NCBI GenBank assembly: GCA_044226625.1 | Contig: JBGAGQ010000006.1 | Location: 96,001 to 160,000 of the forward strand | Source of the DNA: Thermoanaerobaculia bacterium | GTDB taxonomy: Bacteria > Acidobacteriota > Thermoanaerobaculia > Multivoradales > UBA5704 | DNA: 64,000 nt | Direction: 5' to 3' | Part shown: positions 1 through 9,952 of the stretch, piece after piece | Layout: each line of letters begins with the position of its first letter | How positions within the stretch are numbered: position 1 is the first letter of the stretch | Notes under the pieces: model-generated | Told to the model about the DNA's origin: nothing | The model's input: only the letters and a program-made list of their open reading frames with translations | Database searches by the model: none | Made by a program: the position numbers and the translations under genes

Positions 1-1082
1 AACGGGGTCTTCGCGACCCGGGCGTTCAACAGTTTGCCGCGCACTTCGATTCCGAGCGCCGTCCCCTCCGAGGCCTGCCCCACGGGCACGTAAGCGAGGC
101 CGAGCGCCTTCTGGAACGTCGGGCTCCAGGTGCCGCTAGTGACCGAGCCGACGGCGGCGCCGTCGACCATCACCGGATGGCCTTCGCGGGCGATTCCCCG
201 CCCTTCGATCTCGAAACCGACGAGCTGGCGCGCGAGCCCGCGCGCCTTCTGGGCGACCAGGGCGTCGCGGCCGACGAAATGCCCCTTGTCGATCTTGACC
301 ACCCAGGACAGGCCCGCCTCGAGCGGAGTCGTCGTCTCATTGAGCTCATGGCCGTAGAGCGCCATGGCCGCCTCGAGCCGCAGGGTGTCGCGGGCGCCGA
401 GGCCCGCCGGCAGGAGACCGAGCGGACCACCGACCTCGAACAGCCGGCGCCACACCGCGGGCGCGCCGTCGGTAGGGAGATAGAGCTCGAAGCCGTCCTC
501 GCCCGTATAGCCGGTCCGCGAGATCAGCGTCTTCGTCCCCGCGACCTCGCCGAAGGCGAAACCGTAATAACGGATCGCGGACAGATCGGTCGTCGTGAGC
601 TGCGCGAGAATTTCCATCGCCCGCGGCCCCTGGAGGGCGAGGAGCGCATAGGCGTCGGAGACGTTTTCGACCGCGACGCCGGTCGGAGCGCGCTCGGCGA
701 TCCAGGCGAAGTCGCGGTCAGCGTTGCTCGCGTTGACCACCACCAGGTAGGACTCCTCACCCAGCCGGTAGATCAAGAGGTCGTCGATGTACGTGCCCGA
801 CTCGTTCAACAGGCCGCTGTAGTGGGCGCGGCCGACGGCCAGCTTCGCCACGTGGTTGGGCGTGAGCGCGTCCAAGAACGCGGTCGCACCGGCGCCGTCC
901 ACCCGGACCTCGCCCATGTGCGACACGTCGAACAGGCCCGCGCGCTGGCGGACCGCGGTGTGCTCCTCGATCAGCCCGGTGTACTGGACCGGCATTTCCC
1001 ATCCCGCGAAAGGCACCATCTTGCCCCCCGCTTCGCGATGGAGGTCGTAGAGAGGGGTGCGCCGAAGGTTTTCCTCGCTCAT
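1..1082 (-). CDS. gcvT: Glycine cleavage system aminomethyltransferase T (3' end runs off window)
   Basis: Manual translation from ATG at 1082: MSEENLRRTPLYDLHREAGGKMVPFAGWEMPVQY...AGLFDVSHMGE...GLGARDTLRLEA; not in ORF track because no stop falls inside the window. Confidence 0.95.
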   Translation of the reverse strand, partial: MSEENLRRTPLYDLHREAGGKMVPFAGWEMPVQYTGLIEEHTAVRQRAGLFDVSHMGEVRVDGAGATAFLDALTPNHVAKLAVGRAHYSGLLNESGTYIDDLLIYRLGEESYLVVVNASNADRDFAWIAERAPTGVAVENVSDAYALLALQGPRAMEILAQLTTTDLSAIRYYGFAFGEVAGTKTLISRTGYTGEDGFELYLPTDGAPAVWRRLFEVGGPLGLLPAGLGARDTLRLEAAMALYGHELNETTTPLEAGLSWVVKIDKGHFVGRDALVAQKARGLARQLVGFEIEGRGIAREGHPVMVDGAAVGSVTSGTWSPTFQKALGLAYVPVGQASEGTALGIEVRGKLLNARVAKTP

Positions 1083-1246
1083 CAGATTCTCCCGGAACGG
1101 CTGCGAACCCTATCACCGGCCGGAAGCCAAGGCGGAAAACCGTCCGAAAGTTCCGTCGCAGGAATCGCAGGAAATGGCGGGACGGAGGGTTTCAGTTCTC
1201 GGCACCCGGGCTTCCCTCCCCCGGGATCTGACGAAGGAGATTCTCG

Positions 1247-1822
1247 ATGACCACCGCCCCCCGCCGCCGCCCCCGTTTCCTCCTCCCCCTGCTCGCCACC
1301 GCGGGGATCCTCTCACTCGGAGCCCTGGCGCTCGCCGCCTCGCCCACCCCGCGCTCGGCCGACCGGCCGATTCCGGGACGGCATCTCGGCCGGTTCGGCC
1401 ACGGTGAAGCGATCACCCGCCTGCTCGTCCTCGACACGGCCCAGAGCGCCAAGGCGACCGAGCTGGTCGCCCGGCTCCGGAGCGACCTCGCGCCGATCCG
1501 CGACTCGCGGCGCACGACGCGCGAGCGCCTGCGGACCGAGCTCGAATCCGCGAGGCCCAACGCCGAGACGATCGGCCGCCTGGTCCTCGATTCCCGCTCC
1601 AGCCGCGGCGCCGTCCGCTCTGCGCTCGAACGGTTCGACCAGGACCTCTCGGCCATGCTCAGGCCCGAGCAGCTCACCCGCTATAAGGAATGGAAAGACC
1701 GCCGCTTCCGGCACCGCGGCGGCGACCGCCTGCGCGAGCGCTTCCGCGGCCACAGCCGCGACGGCCTCCGGGGCGGCCCCGACGGACCTCCTCCGCTTCC
1801 GGGCGACGACCGGCCCCTGTAA
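1247..1822 (+). CDS. Spy/CpxP-like periplasmic helical protein
   Basis: Signal peptide, amphipathic helices, LDTAQ and LRPEQ (LTxxQ-like) motifs, G/R/P-rich tail. Confidence 0.7.
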   Translation: MTTAPRRRPRFLLPLLATAGILSLGALALAASPTPRSADRPIPGRHLGRFGHGEAITRLLVLDTAQSAKATELVARLRSDLAPIRDSRRTTRERLRTELESARPNAETIGRLVLDSRSSRGAVRSALERFDQDLSAMLRPEQLTRYKEWKDRRFRHRGGDRLRERFRGHSRDGLRGGPDGPPPLPGDDRPL

Positions 1823-1973
1823 CCCGAGCGTCACACCCCGGACCCGCCGGCGACCGCCCCGGAGCCTAGGCTTTCCCCGCGCGGTCGTCGGCTGATCCCT
1901 ACCCCCGCGCCTGTCATCCCCCACCGGATCGAAACGCCCCCCGGCGTCGCGGTCCGGTCTTTTTATGCCAGGT

Positions 1974-3362
1974 CTACAGCTCGCTCGGGAAGAGGAAGCT
2001 CCATTCCTGATTCGTGGCGCCCGGCACGCAATCGAAGAGGACGATCGGGGTGCCTGGGTCGGAGCTCATGCCTAGGGTGGTAAGGCATCGGCCGACGAAT
2101 CGGCTTCTTAGGTTCTTTCCAGAGTCCCAATACTTCTGGTGGTCGCGCGGTGGAGAGCAGTCGAACAGCTGGATCGGCGTGCCGTTCGTAAAGAACGCCC
2201 CCAGCTGCGTCGCACAGCCGCCGTTCTGATTGGCGAGCTGCGAGTCGACGAGGTTCCAAAGCTGGCTTGCCTCGCCGGGAATGCAGTCTTCGAGGACGAC
2301 CGGAGTTCCGTTCGCTGCCGAGCCGTTCTGGGCGGCGAGGCATTTGCCGCCGATGCCGTGGACGTGCCGCCAGAAACCGAGCCGATGGAGCGACTGTTGA
2401 AGCTCATCCGCGTGGGCCGCCACGCCTACCACCCGACCGGCGGCGTCGACGAGCGCCGATCCAGAGGCACCTCCGGTGAAGGGAATTCCCGCCACGAATC
2501 CGGTGTCGAACGTCGTGGGGTTGGGATTTACCAGGGTCACCACTCCCTCGTATGGCTGCTGGAAATGGCTGCTCCCGTGATGGACCGCGTGGAGGGTCTC
2601 GCCCAGCTCAGTCGTTCGCGGATTCATCGGCAGATACCCGAAACGCACCCCCGGCGCATCACCCGAGCCACTCCGCGGGGCGCGGGCCAGGCGAAGCAGG
2701 GCGAGATCTCGATCGAAGTCGGGGCCCGGACCGCCGGGCCAGCTCTCGAGGATCGCGTTGACGGGATAGACGAGGTTGGGCTGGTCGCCCCCTCCCCCTT
2801 TGACGTATTCGAAACGGACGGACAGGGCCGAGACGGGAAACAGATCGTGAAAGAACGAGTCGTAGAGGCAATGACCGGCGGTCAGAAAGAGATCCTCGCC
2901 GACCAGCGTGCCGGTGCACCACGGCGAATCGTTGAGACGTAGGGAACCGACGGAGCGCTCCAGGATCGCGGTCGAGCCCTCGGCGAGGGTGAATACGCTG
3001 GTCGACCAGCCGCTCCAACGCCCGGAACCGTCTACGGCCGCCAGGTTTACCCAATGGAGGCCGGGCTTGAGGTTGGCCGGCGCCCGGTACTCGCGCTCAT
3101 ACGGCGAAAGGGGGATCGGCGCGGTCTCCCATTCGGGCCAAATGACATAAGACGCCGCTCCGCGGCCGGACGTCCAGCGCCACAGCGGAGGCTCCGAGGT
3201 CGTCGCCGGCGGTTGGGTCAGGAAGACGGGGGCCGAGGGTTGGCCGAACGAAGCCGGGACGGAGACGAGCGAAAGCAGCAACGCGATCGCCAGCAAGGGA
3301 AACCCCCGGTGACGGGAGGTCGAACGGCGCTCGGTGACGCCGAGAGGTCGGGTGGCGATCAT
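1974..3362 (-). CDS. Secreted trypsin-like serine protease with C-terminal ricin-B lectin domain
   Basis: Signal peptide; triad motifs LTAGHC, DRDLAL, GASGS; C-terminal GKCL...QLW / GRCL...NQEW (QxW) repeats. Confidence 0.85.
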   Translation of the reverse strand: MIATRPLGVTERRSTSRHRGFPLLAIALLLSLVSVPASFGQPSAPVFLTQPPATTSEPPLWRWTSGRGAASYVIWPEWETAPIPLSPYEREYRAPANLKPGLHWVNLAAVDGSGRWSGWSTSVFTLAEGSTAILERSVGSLRLNDSPWCTGTLVGEDLFLTAGHCLYDSFFHDLFPVSALSVRFEYVKGGGGDQPNLVYPVNAILESWPGGPGPDFDRDLALLRLARAPRSGSGDAPGVRFGYLPMNPRTTELGETLHAVHHGSSHFQQPYEGVVTLVNPNPTTFDTGFVAGIPFTGGASGSALVDAAGRVVGVAAHADELQQSLHRLGFWRHVHGIGGKCLAAQNGSAANGTPVVLEDCIPGEASQLWNLVDSQLANQNGGCATQLGAFFTNGTPIQLFDCSPPRDHQKYWDSGKNLRSRFVGRCLTTLGMSSDPGTPIVLFDCVPGATNQEWSFLFPSEL

Positions 3363-3482
3363 TGGATTCTCCTTTCGAGCCGGAACGGACGAGGGCGACC
3401 CCGTGTTCCAGCATCCGCTTCAGGAGAGATCCGGAATGTCGTCGTGTGGGTTAGGCGCGTTCGCCGCCGCGATAACCTCGGT

Positions 3483-5612
3483 TTACCCCTTGCCGACGCG
3501 CGCCGCGGCGCGGGCCATCAGGTGCTCTTGGGAATTGCGCCTCTCCTCGCCCGGGGCCGGATGACGCTGGACGTAGCTGCCGTCGGGATGGAGGTCCCAG
3601 GCCTTGACGTTGTCGGCGAGCTGAAGATCGAGGATCTCGCGCAGCTCGGACTGGAGTGCGGGGTCTTCGACCGGGGCGATCGCCTCGACGCGGTAGTCGA
3701 GATTCCTCGACATCCAGTCGGCCGATCCGATGAAGTACTCGGGCGCGCCGCCGTTGCCGAAGTAGAAGATCCGCGCGTGCTCGAGGAAGCGACCGACGAT
3801 CGACAGGACGCGGACCGTCTCGCTCCGCCCCGGAACGCCCGGTCGCAGGCGACAGATGCCGCGGACGATCAGATCGATTTTCACCCCTTGGGCGCTCGCG
3901 TCGTAGAGGTCCTCGACGATCTGGGGATCTTCGAGCGAGTTCATCTTCGCCAGGACGTGTCCGCCGCGACCGGCTTTCTGGTGCTCGACCTCGCGCGCGA
4001 TCAGCTCGCGGAAACGGCTGCGCATGTTGAACGGCGCCACCAGCAGCTTTGCGAACGTCGGCCGGTGGACGTAACCGGTGAGCACGTTGAACAGCTGCCC
4101 GACGTCGGCCGCGAGCGCTTCGTTCGAGGAGAAGAGCCCCAGGTCGGTGTAGATCCGCGCGGTCTCGGCGTTGTAGTTGCCGGTCGCCACGTGGACGTAG
4201 GTGCGGATCGCGTCCTTTTCCTGGCGGACGACCAGGGCGACCTTGGTGTGGGTTTTCAAGCCGACCACGCCGTAGGCGACGTGCGCGCCCGCCTCTTCGA
4301 GCGCCTCGGCCCAGCCGATGTTCCGCTCCTCGTCGAAGCGGGCTTTCAGCTCGATCGTCGCGGCCACCTGTTTGCCCGCGCCCGCCGCGCGGATCAGCGA
4401 GCGCATCACCGACGAGTCGGAGGAGGTACGGTAGAGCGTCTGCTTGATCCCGAGCACCGCCGGATCGTCGGCCGCGGCGTCGAGGAAACGCTGGACGCTC
4501 GCGGGAAACGAGTCGTAGGGGTGATGGACCAGGAGGTCGCCCGCGGCGATAGCGCGGAAGATGTCGACCTCCTCGCCCGGCTCGGCGTGGAGCCGCGGCG
4601 GCGTCTGCGGTGCCCAGGCGCGGAACTTGAGCGCGGGGAGCGGCGCCTGACAGAGCACGGAAAGGTCCTTGAGCCCGAGCGGCGCCTCCACCTCGAAGAC
4701 CTCGTCGGTCGCGATTTCGAGCTCTTCGCAGAGCAGCTCGCACATCCAGTCGGGCATGCCGGTCTCGATCTCGACCCGCACCACCGTGGCGAAGCGCCGC
4801 TCGCGCAGCTCCTCCTGGATCGACTCGAGCAGGTCGTCGGCGGCCTCCTCGTACCGCTGGACGTCGGCGTTCCGGGTGACGCGGAACGGGTGGCAGGCGA
4901 CGATCTCCATGCCCGGGAAGAGGCGCACCAGATGGTGCCTGATCACCTCCTCGAGCGCCACGTAGCGGAGCGTGCCCGGGAACTGGAGGAAGCGCGGCAG
5001 GCTCCCGGGCACCTTGACCCGAGCGAAGCGGACCTTCTCGTCTTCCGGCGCGCGCACCGCGACCGCGAGCGAGATCGACAGGTTCGAGATGAACGGGAAT
5101 GGATGCGCCGGATCGACCGCGAGCGGCGTCAGGATCGGGAACAGCCGCTTCTCGAACTCGTTGCCGAGAAACCTCCGCTCCTCGTCGTTCAGCCGCTCCC
5201 AGCCCACCACCTCGAGCCCGTGCGCGGCGAGCGCCGGGCGCAGCTCCTCGCGCAGCAGCCGACGCTGGCGGTCGAGCAGAGGTCGCACGCGTTCCTGGAT
5301 CTCGGCGAGCTGCTGCCGCGGCGTGCGCCCGTCGGGCGTCAACTGGCGGAGCTGGCTCGCGAGCTGCTGTTTCAAGCCGCCCACCCGCTTCATGAAGAAT
5401 TCGTCGAGGTTGCTGTCGAAGATCGCGACGAAGCGCAGGCGCTCGAGCAGTGGATTCGTCTCGTCCTCGGCCTCGGCGAGCACGCGAGCGTTGAAGTCGA
5501 TCCAGGAGAGCTCGCGGTTGAAAAACAGGACGGGCGCTTCCGATTCGATCGCGGGGGCCGACCGGCGGGGGCGTGGTTTCGCTGCGGACACGGGCGATCC
5601 TTTGGGGGGCAT
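3483..5612 (-). CDS. ppk1: Polyphosphate kinase 1
   Basis: FFNRELSWIDFNARVL, HHPYDSF, ELKARFDEE, LKTHTK, GRFLEHARI, SADWMSRNL. Confidence 0.97.
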   Translation of the reverse strand: MPPKGSPVSAAKPRPRRSAPAIESEAPVLFFNRELSWIDFNARVLAEAEDETNPLLERLRFVAIFDSNLDEFFMKRVGGLKQQLASQLRQLTPDGRTPRQQLAEIQERVRPLLDRQRRLLREELRPALAAHGLEVVGWERLNDEERRFLGNEFEKRLFPILTPLAVDPAHPFPFISNLSISLAVAVRAPEDEKVRFARVKVPGSLPRFLQFPGTLRYVALEEVIRHHLVRLFPGMEIVACHPFRVTRNADVQRYEEAADDLLESIQEELRERRFATVVRVEIETGMPDWMCELLCEELEIATDEVFEVEAPLGLKDLSVLCQAPLPALKFRAWAPQTPPRLHAEPGEEVDIFRAIAAGDLLVHHPYDSFPASVQRFLDAAADDPAVLGIKQTLYRTSSDSSVMRSLIRAAGAGKQVAATIELKARFDEERNIGWAEALEEAGAHVAYGVVGLKTHTKVALVVRQEKDAIRTYVHVATGNYNAETARIYTDLGLFSSNEALAADVGQLFNVLTGYVHRPTFAKLLVAPFNMRSRFRELIAREVEHQKAGRGGHVLAKMNSLEDPQIVEDLYDASAQGVKIDLIVRGICRLRPGVPGRSETVRVLSIVGRFLEHARIFYFGNGGAPEYFIGSADWMSRNLDYRVEAIAPVEDPALQSELREILDLQLADNVKAWDLHPDGSYVQRHPAPGEERRNSQEHLMARAAARVGKG

Positions 5613-5753
5613 GGTCGGCAAGACGGCGGGAAAGTGGGCGACATGCTGCCACGTCCCGTGGCTTTCCCGGGTGACGGCGGCGTGACAGAGCGATTCTACC
5701 GCTCCCGACGCGCGGCGACTCGGGCGCCGGGGCGGGCTACAATCTGGCCCTTG

Positions 5754-7178
5754 ATGTCCACGGTCGCCGCACGTCCCCTCGCCCGCCGCCTCCTGATCAC
5801 GCTGCTGCCGCTCGCGCTCCTCGCCGGGTGTCCGCGCGGCGAGGCGCCGGAGCGGCCCGCGCTCTCGGGCGCGGCCAAGGGGTGGAACGTCCTGCTGCTC
5901 TCGGTCGACACCCTGCGCGCCGATCGGCTCGGCGCTTACGGCTATCGACCGGGGCGTCCCGGGCCGGACAACAGCCCGCGGATGGACCGCCTGATCGGTC
6001 AGGGCATCCGCTTCGACGGCGCCGAGGCGCAGCGGGCGGCGACCTGGCCGTCGCTCGCGACCATCCTCTCAGGGCTCTACCCTTCCGGCCACGGCGTGCT
6101 CGAGAACGGCTACAGCTTTCCCGACGGGCTGCCGACGCTGCCGATCGAGCTCAAAAAAGCGGGGTACGAGACCGGCGCGTTCCTCTCCAACATGTGCAAG
6201 GCGAACCACCAGGGGTGGAACGATTTCGCGTGTACGGGGGGCGAGGACGGCAAGACGGTGCAGCGCGCGATCGACTGGAGCCGCTCGCGCCAAGGCAAAC
6301 AGCCCTTCCTACTCTGGGTCCACCTGTTCGGGGCCCACGGCCCCTACTACAACGGCGGCGATCTCGCGGCGCGGGTTCTCGATCCGGGCTATGCCGGCCC
6401 GCTCGGCACGAAGCGCTGGCAGCTCGATCGCGTCCACCTCGAAAAGCTCGCGCTCTCCTCCCGCGACCGCACCCACCTCGACGCGCTCTACGACGCCGCG
6501 GTGATCGGCAGCGACCGCCACGTCGGCACTCTGCTCGACGGTCTCGCGGGGGCGGGCAAGCTCGACCGGACGCTGATCGTCCTGCTCGCCGATCACGGGG
6601 AGGAGCTCTACCAGCACAACGGCTACCTCTACCATTCGTGCTCGGTCTACGAGGACACGCTGCACGTGCCGTTTGCGATCGTCGCCCCCGGACTCGTTCC
6701 GGCCGGCGCCAGCGTGCCGCAACGGGTGGAGCTCACCGACGTCGCGCCCACGGTCTACGCTCTGCTCGGCGCCAAGCCCCCGCAGCAGCACGGCCGGTCG
6801 CTCGTTCCCTACCTCGAACGGCCGGGCGGCGGCGGCGCCGGCAAACCGGCATTTTCCGAGTACGGCCTCGGCCCGATCCGCACGATTCGGGAGGGGCGCT
6901 TCAAGCTGGTCTGGAATCCCCAGGGGTACGATCCGGTCTGCATTCCGAAGGCGCCGCCAGGGCATTACCCGATCGCGACCGCCGAGCTGTACGACCTCGA
7001 GGCGGATCCCGGCGAACGCAAGAACCTCGCGCCGGACGATCCGGCCCGAGTGCGCGAGCTCGCGCGGCACCTCGACCAGCGGTTCGCCTCCCTGCCCGGC
7101 CTGGGCAAGGCCGGCAAACAGGAGATCACGCCCGAGCAGCGGAAGAAGCTCGAGGCGCTCGGCTACGCGGTGCCGTAG
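5754..7178 (+). CDS. Sulfatase-like lipoprotein (alkaline phosphatase superfamily)
   Basis: Lipobox LLAGC; NVLLLSVDTLRAD, ADHGEE, ELYDLEADPGE, C-terminal LEALGY; start re-placed at ATG 5754 within ORF 3054..7178. Confidence 0.85.
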   Translation: MSTVAARPLARRLLITLLPLALLAGCPRGEAPERPALSGAAKGWNVLLLSVDTLRADRLGAYGYRPGRPGPDNSPRMDRLIGQGIRFDGAEAQRAATWPSLATILSGLYPSGHGVLENGYSFPDGLPTLPIELKKAGYETGAFLSNMCKANHQGWNDFACTGGEDGKTVQRAIDWSRSRQGKQPFLLWVHLFGAHGPYYNGGDLAARVLDPGYAGPLGTKRWQLDRVHLEKLALSSRDRTHLDALYDAAVIGSDRHVGTLLDGLAGAGKLDRTLIVLLADHGEELYQHNGYLYHSCSVYEDTLHVPFAIVAPGLVPAGASVPQRVELTDVAPTVYALLGAKPPQQHGRSLVPYLERPGGGGAGKPAFSEYGLGPIRTIREGRFKLVWNPQGYDPVCIPKAPPGHYPIATAELYDLEADPGERKNLAPDDPARVRELARHLDQRFASLPGLGKAGKQEITPEQRKKLEALGYAVP

Positions 7179-7200
7179 AGAGGGCCGATCCCGTTCGGGT

Positions 7201-7229
7201 TTGACCCCTCCCGGGGCGGGTGCTACCAT
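7201..7229 (+). promoter_or_regulatory. Putative sigma70 promoter
   Basis: TTGACC-N17-TACCAT with extended -10 TG, about 110 bp upstream of ATG 7340. Confidence 0.55.
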
Positions 7230-7339
7230 CCGCCGGCCTTTCTGGGCGGGCGGTTTTCGACGTTCTTGGCCGCCAGCCACCAGCGCCAATCAATTCATTC
7301 CTGAGCTTAATCGGTCCCTCAAGGGAGCTTTCCACGAAC

Positions 7340-8494
7340 ATGGATGCAAGGCACAAGGTCGTCATCGCGGGCGCCGGGGGGATGGGTAGCGCGGTCGGTT
7401 TGCTGTTGCGGGAGCTGGCGGATTTCGACGTCGACCTCTGGATCGGCGACCTCGATCTGGAACGGGCGAAGCACGCCGCCGCATGGATCGCCGACGGCTC
7501 GAACCGGACGGGCTCGGTCGAGCCCTTCCTGCTGCCGGCTTCGGGGGGAAGCCCCGAGTTCGAGCAGATCCTCGACGCGGGCGACGCCCTGCTCGACTGC
7601 CTGCCGGGCGCCGAAGCACCGCGCATGGCGCGCTTCGCGCGCGAGAGGCACCTGCATTACGCGAACTTGACCGAATACGTCCACGAGACCGATCAGGTGG
7701 TCGAGATCGCCCGCGGCGCCGACACCGGATTCGTGGTCCAGACCGGTATCGCCCCGGGGTACGTGAACATTCTCGGCCACGGCCTGTTCCAGGACTTCTG
7801 TCGCGACCACGGCGTCTCCGCAGTCGATTCGATCGAGATGCGGGTGGGAGCGCTCACGCCGCACTCCCCGTCGCCCCACTGCTACGGCTTCACCTGGAGC
7901 TCGATCGGCGTCGCGACCGAATACGTCAAGCCCGCGATCGCCGTACGCGACTTCGAAACGACGCTCCTGCCATCGCTCACGGAGCGGCGGAACCTCCAGC
8001 TCGGCGGCATCGTCTACGAAGAGGCGCTCACCTCCGGCGGCGCGGCCGACCTGCCGAAAGCGCTTGCGGGTAGGGTGCGGAACCTCGACTACAAGACCCT
8101 CCGCTACCCCGGGCATTACGCCTGGGTCGAGGCGCAGCTCGCCGAGTGCCCGGCGGGGGAAGATCCGGCGCACTTCCTCCACCACCGAATGCTTGAACAG
8201 GTCCCCCACGTCGACGGCGACGATCTCGTCCTCGTCTACGCCGCCGTCCAGGGCAAGAACGCCAAAGGCGTCCTCCATCGGCGCGAGATCGCCTACCGCG
8301 TCCGCCCAATGCAGATCGGAGCGCGAAAGCTCAAGGCGATCCAGACCACCACAACCTCGGCCCTCGCCGAATCGGTCCGCCTTCTCCTCCAGCCCGACGG
8401 CCCCAAGGGCGTCTGCTTCCAAAGCCAAATCGACCGCGCCACCTTCGCCGCCGGCCCCTTCATCGGCGCGGTTTATCGGGACGCGGAGATCTGA
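7340..8494 (+). CDS. Saccharopine dehydrogenase / lysine 6-dehydrogenase family NAD(P)-dependent oxidoreductase
   Basis: GAGGMG Rossmann motif, GIAPG, RVGAL, TWS, EY, TSGG, YKTLRYPGH. Confidence 0.85.
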   Translation: MDARHKVVIAGAGGMGSAVGLLLRELADFDVDLWIGDLDLERAKHAAAWIADGSNRTGSVEPFLLPASGGSPEFEQILDAGDALLDCLPGAEAPRMARFARERHLHYANLTEYVHETDQVVEIARGADTGFVVQTGIAPGYVNILGHGLFQDFCRDHGVSAVDSIEMRVGALTPHSPSPHCYGFTWSSIGVATEYVKPAIAVRDFETTLLPSLTERRNLQLGGIVYEEALTSGGAADLPKALAGRVRNLDYKTLRYPGHYAWVEAQLAECPAGEDPAHFLHHRMLEQVPHVDGDDLVLVYAAVQGKNAKGVLHRREIAYRVRPMQIGARKLKAIQTTTTSALAESVRLLLQPDGPKGVCFQSQIDRATFAAGPFIGAVYRDAEI

Positions 8495-8608
8495 GGGTAG
8501 GGTTCGCCCTTCTAGGCAGGTCCGCGCACTCGGCCAAGGTTAGAGGGGCCTCAGACTCTAGGAATTCGACGACGACTCGTTTGTCGCTCTCGCGCACGAG
8601 GCGAGGCC

Positions 8609-9028
8609 TTACATCGACCAGGCTGCGAGTCTCTGAATTCCTCCGAGCCTTCGGGCTTTGAGGTAGTAGGTGTCATCGGCCGTCACCAGGGAACTGCCGG
8701 TTTCGAGCGCGACGGCATGGTAGAGGGTATTGAAAAGGTGATGCCGGAGCTCGGCAGCCAGCCGGCAAGTCAAGCCGTAGATTCCAACCTCCGACCGAAC
8801 AGGAAACTCCAGGGCATCGAGCAACGTCACCGAGTCGGCGGCGGTGTCAGGGCTAAGGCGCGCTATGACCGCCGCAACTTCGGCGAGCTAATGCGGGGGC
8901 TGGACAGGTGCTATCTGACCCTTCCGGACGCAATCTAGGATCGCGAGAGCTTGGGACGCATCATCCTCCTTTTCTAGGGATGGAACGACCCACTTGACGA
9001 TCACGCTTGCGTCCAAGACCAGGATCAC
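8609..9028 (-). pseudogene. vapC: VapC/PIN-domain toxin interrupted by in-frame TAG at codon 47
   Basis: GTG start overlaps antitoxin stop (GTGA); MILVLDASVIVKW...QPPH*LAEV...LYHAVAL...LVTAD; TAG at 8888-8890. Confidence 0.85.
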
Positions 9029-9264
9029 GGTCGACCCTGGTGCCGCGCACGGGTCACTGCCGCAGCGGAAATCTTAGGCAGACGTTTCCGGAGATCGAGC
9101 AGGGCGTCGATCGCCAGAGCGCGTCGCTTCGAGCGATCCCGCTCCTCGATCGCCTCCGCCATGAGCCGCGCGATGATCGCGCTCCGGTTCTCCCCGGCGA
9201 ACGTTTCCTGGAATTTGACCTTGATCTCTTCCGGAACCCTGAACTCAATCGTCACAAAGGCCAT
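9025..9264 (-). CDS. VapB-type antitoxin (ribbon-helix-helix-like)
   Basis: GGAGG RBS; MAFVTIEFRVPEEIKVKF...NRSAIIARLM; 79 aa, directly upstream of the PIN gene. Confidence 0.75.
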   Translation of the reverse strand: MAFVTIEFRVPEEIKVKFQETFAGENRSAIIARLMAEAIEERDRSKRRALAIDALLDLRKRLPKISAAAVTRARHQGRP

Positions 9265-9323
9265 CGGAACACCTCCCTGTCGAGATCTTCGACAAGATGG
9301 GCTTTTTAAAACCCGGGGAGAAA

Positions 9324-9929
9324 TCAACTCTCCGCCGCGCGCTCCCGCCAGACAGCCCAGGCCATCCAGAGGTTTGCCGTAAAGAGCGTCGCCGCGAGCA
9401 GGAGGAGCGGCGCGCCGCCGGGCCAGAGGGAGGCGAAGCCGCCGAGCTGGTAGATCAGTCCGTAGCGGCGGAACGGCGGGAAGGAGATGCCGCCGAGAAT
9501 GTAGAAGGAGTGGCCGAGCAGGAGGAGCCAAACTCCCGGTACGGCCCAGGCGGCGTTTTGCCAGAAGAGAAGGCCGGAGAGCAGGACCGCCACGAGCGAC
9601 AGGTTGCCTTGGGCGCGTAGCGCCCAGCGGGCGAGTCCGCTCGCGGGGGCGTTCTCGGCCGCCTTGCGGATCGCCAGGAACTCGACCGCGCCGCCGAGCA
9701 GGATCGCGATCGACCAGAGGAAGAGGACGGCCCGGGGACCGCGGAAGGCGAGCGCTTTTGGAGTGAGGAACGCCGCTGTGGGGAGGACGGCCGCCCAGGA
9801 GGCCCACGTCCACCAGGCGCGCAGGAACGGCTTCGACGCCGCGAGGAAGCGGTCGCGCACCGGTTCGAGATCGTCGCTTCCCGCGGCGGGCTTCTTCCCC
9901 ACGAACAGCGGATCGTATTCGGAGGCCAT
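9324..9929 (-). CDS. Hypothetical integral membrane protein
   Basis: ATG 9929; about 6 hydrophobic segments. Confidence 0.65.
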   Translation of the reverse strand: MASEYDPLFVGKKPAAGSDDLEPVRDRFLAASKPFLRAWWTWASWAAVLPTAAFLTPKALAFRGPRAVLFLWSIAILLGGAVEFLAIRKAAENAPASGLARWALRAQGNLSLVAVLLSGLLFWQNAAWAVPGVWLLLLGHSFYILGGISFPPFRRYGLIYQLGGFASLWPGGAPLLLLAATLFTANLWMAWAVWRERAAES

Positions 9930-9952
9930 GAGGCGGCAGGGATCCGTCGACT

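Noticed and set aside
3054-5753. 5' 900 codons of the 1374-aa ORF 3054..7178
   Set aside because: Antisense shadow of ppk1 in high-GC DNA; the real sulfatase-like gene starts at about 5754 with a lipoprotein signal.
8888-8890. Amber recoding (pyrrolysine or alternative code) in vapC
   Set aside because: Many intact genes in the window end in TAG, no pyl genes are present, and a single TGG>TAG mutation explains it.
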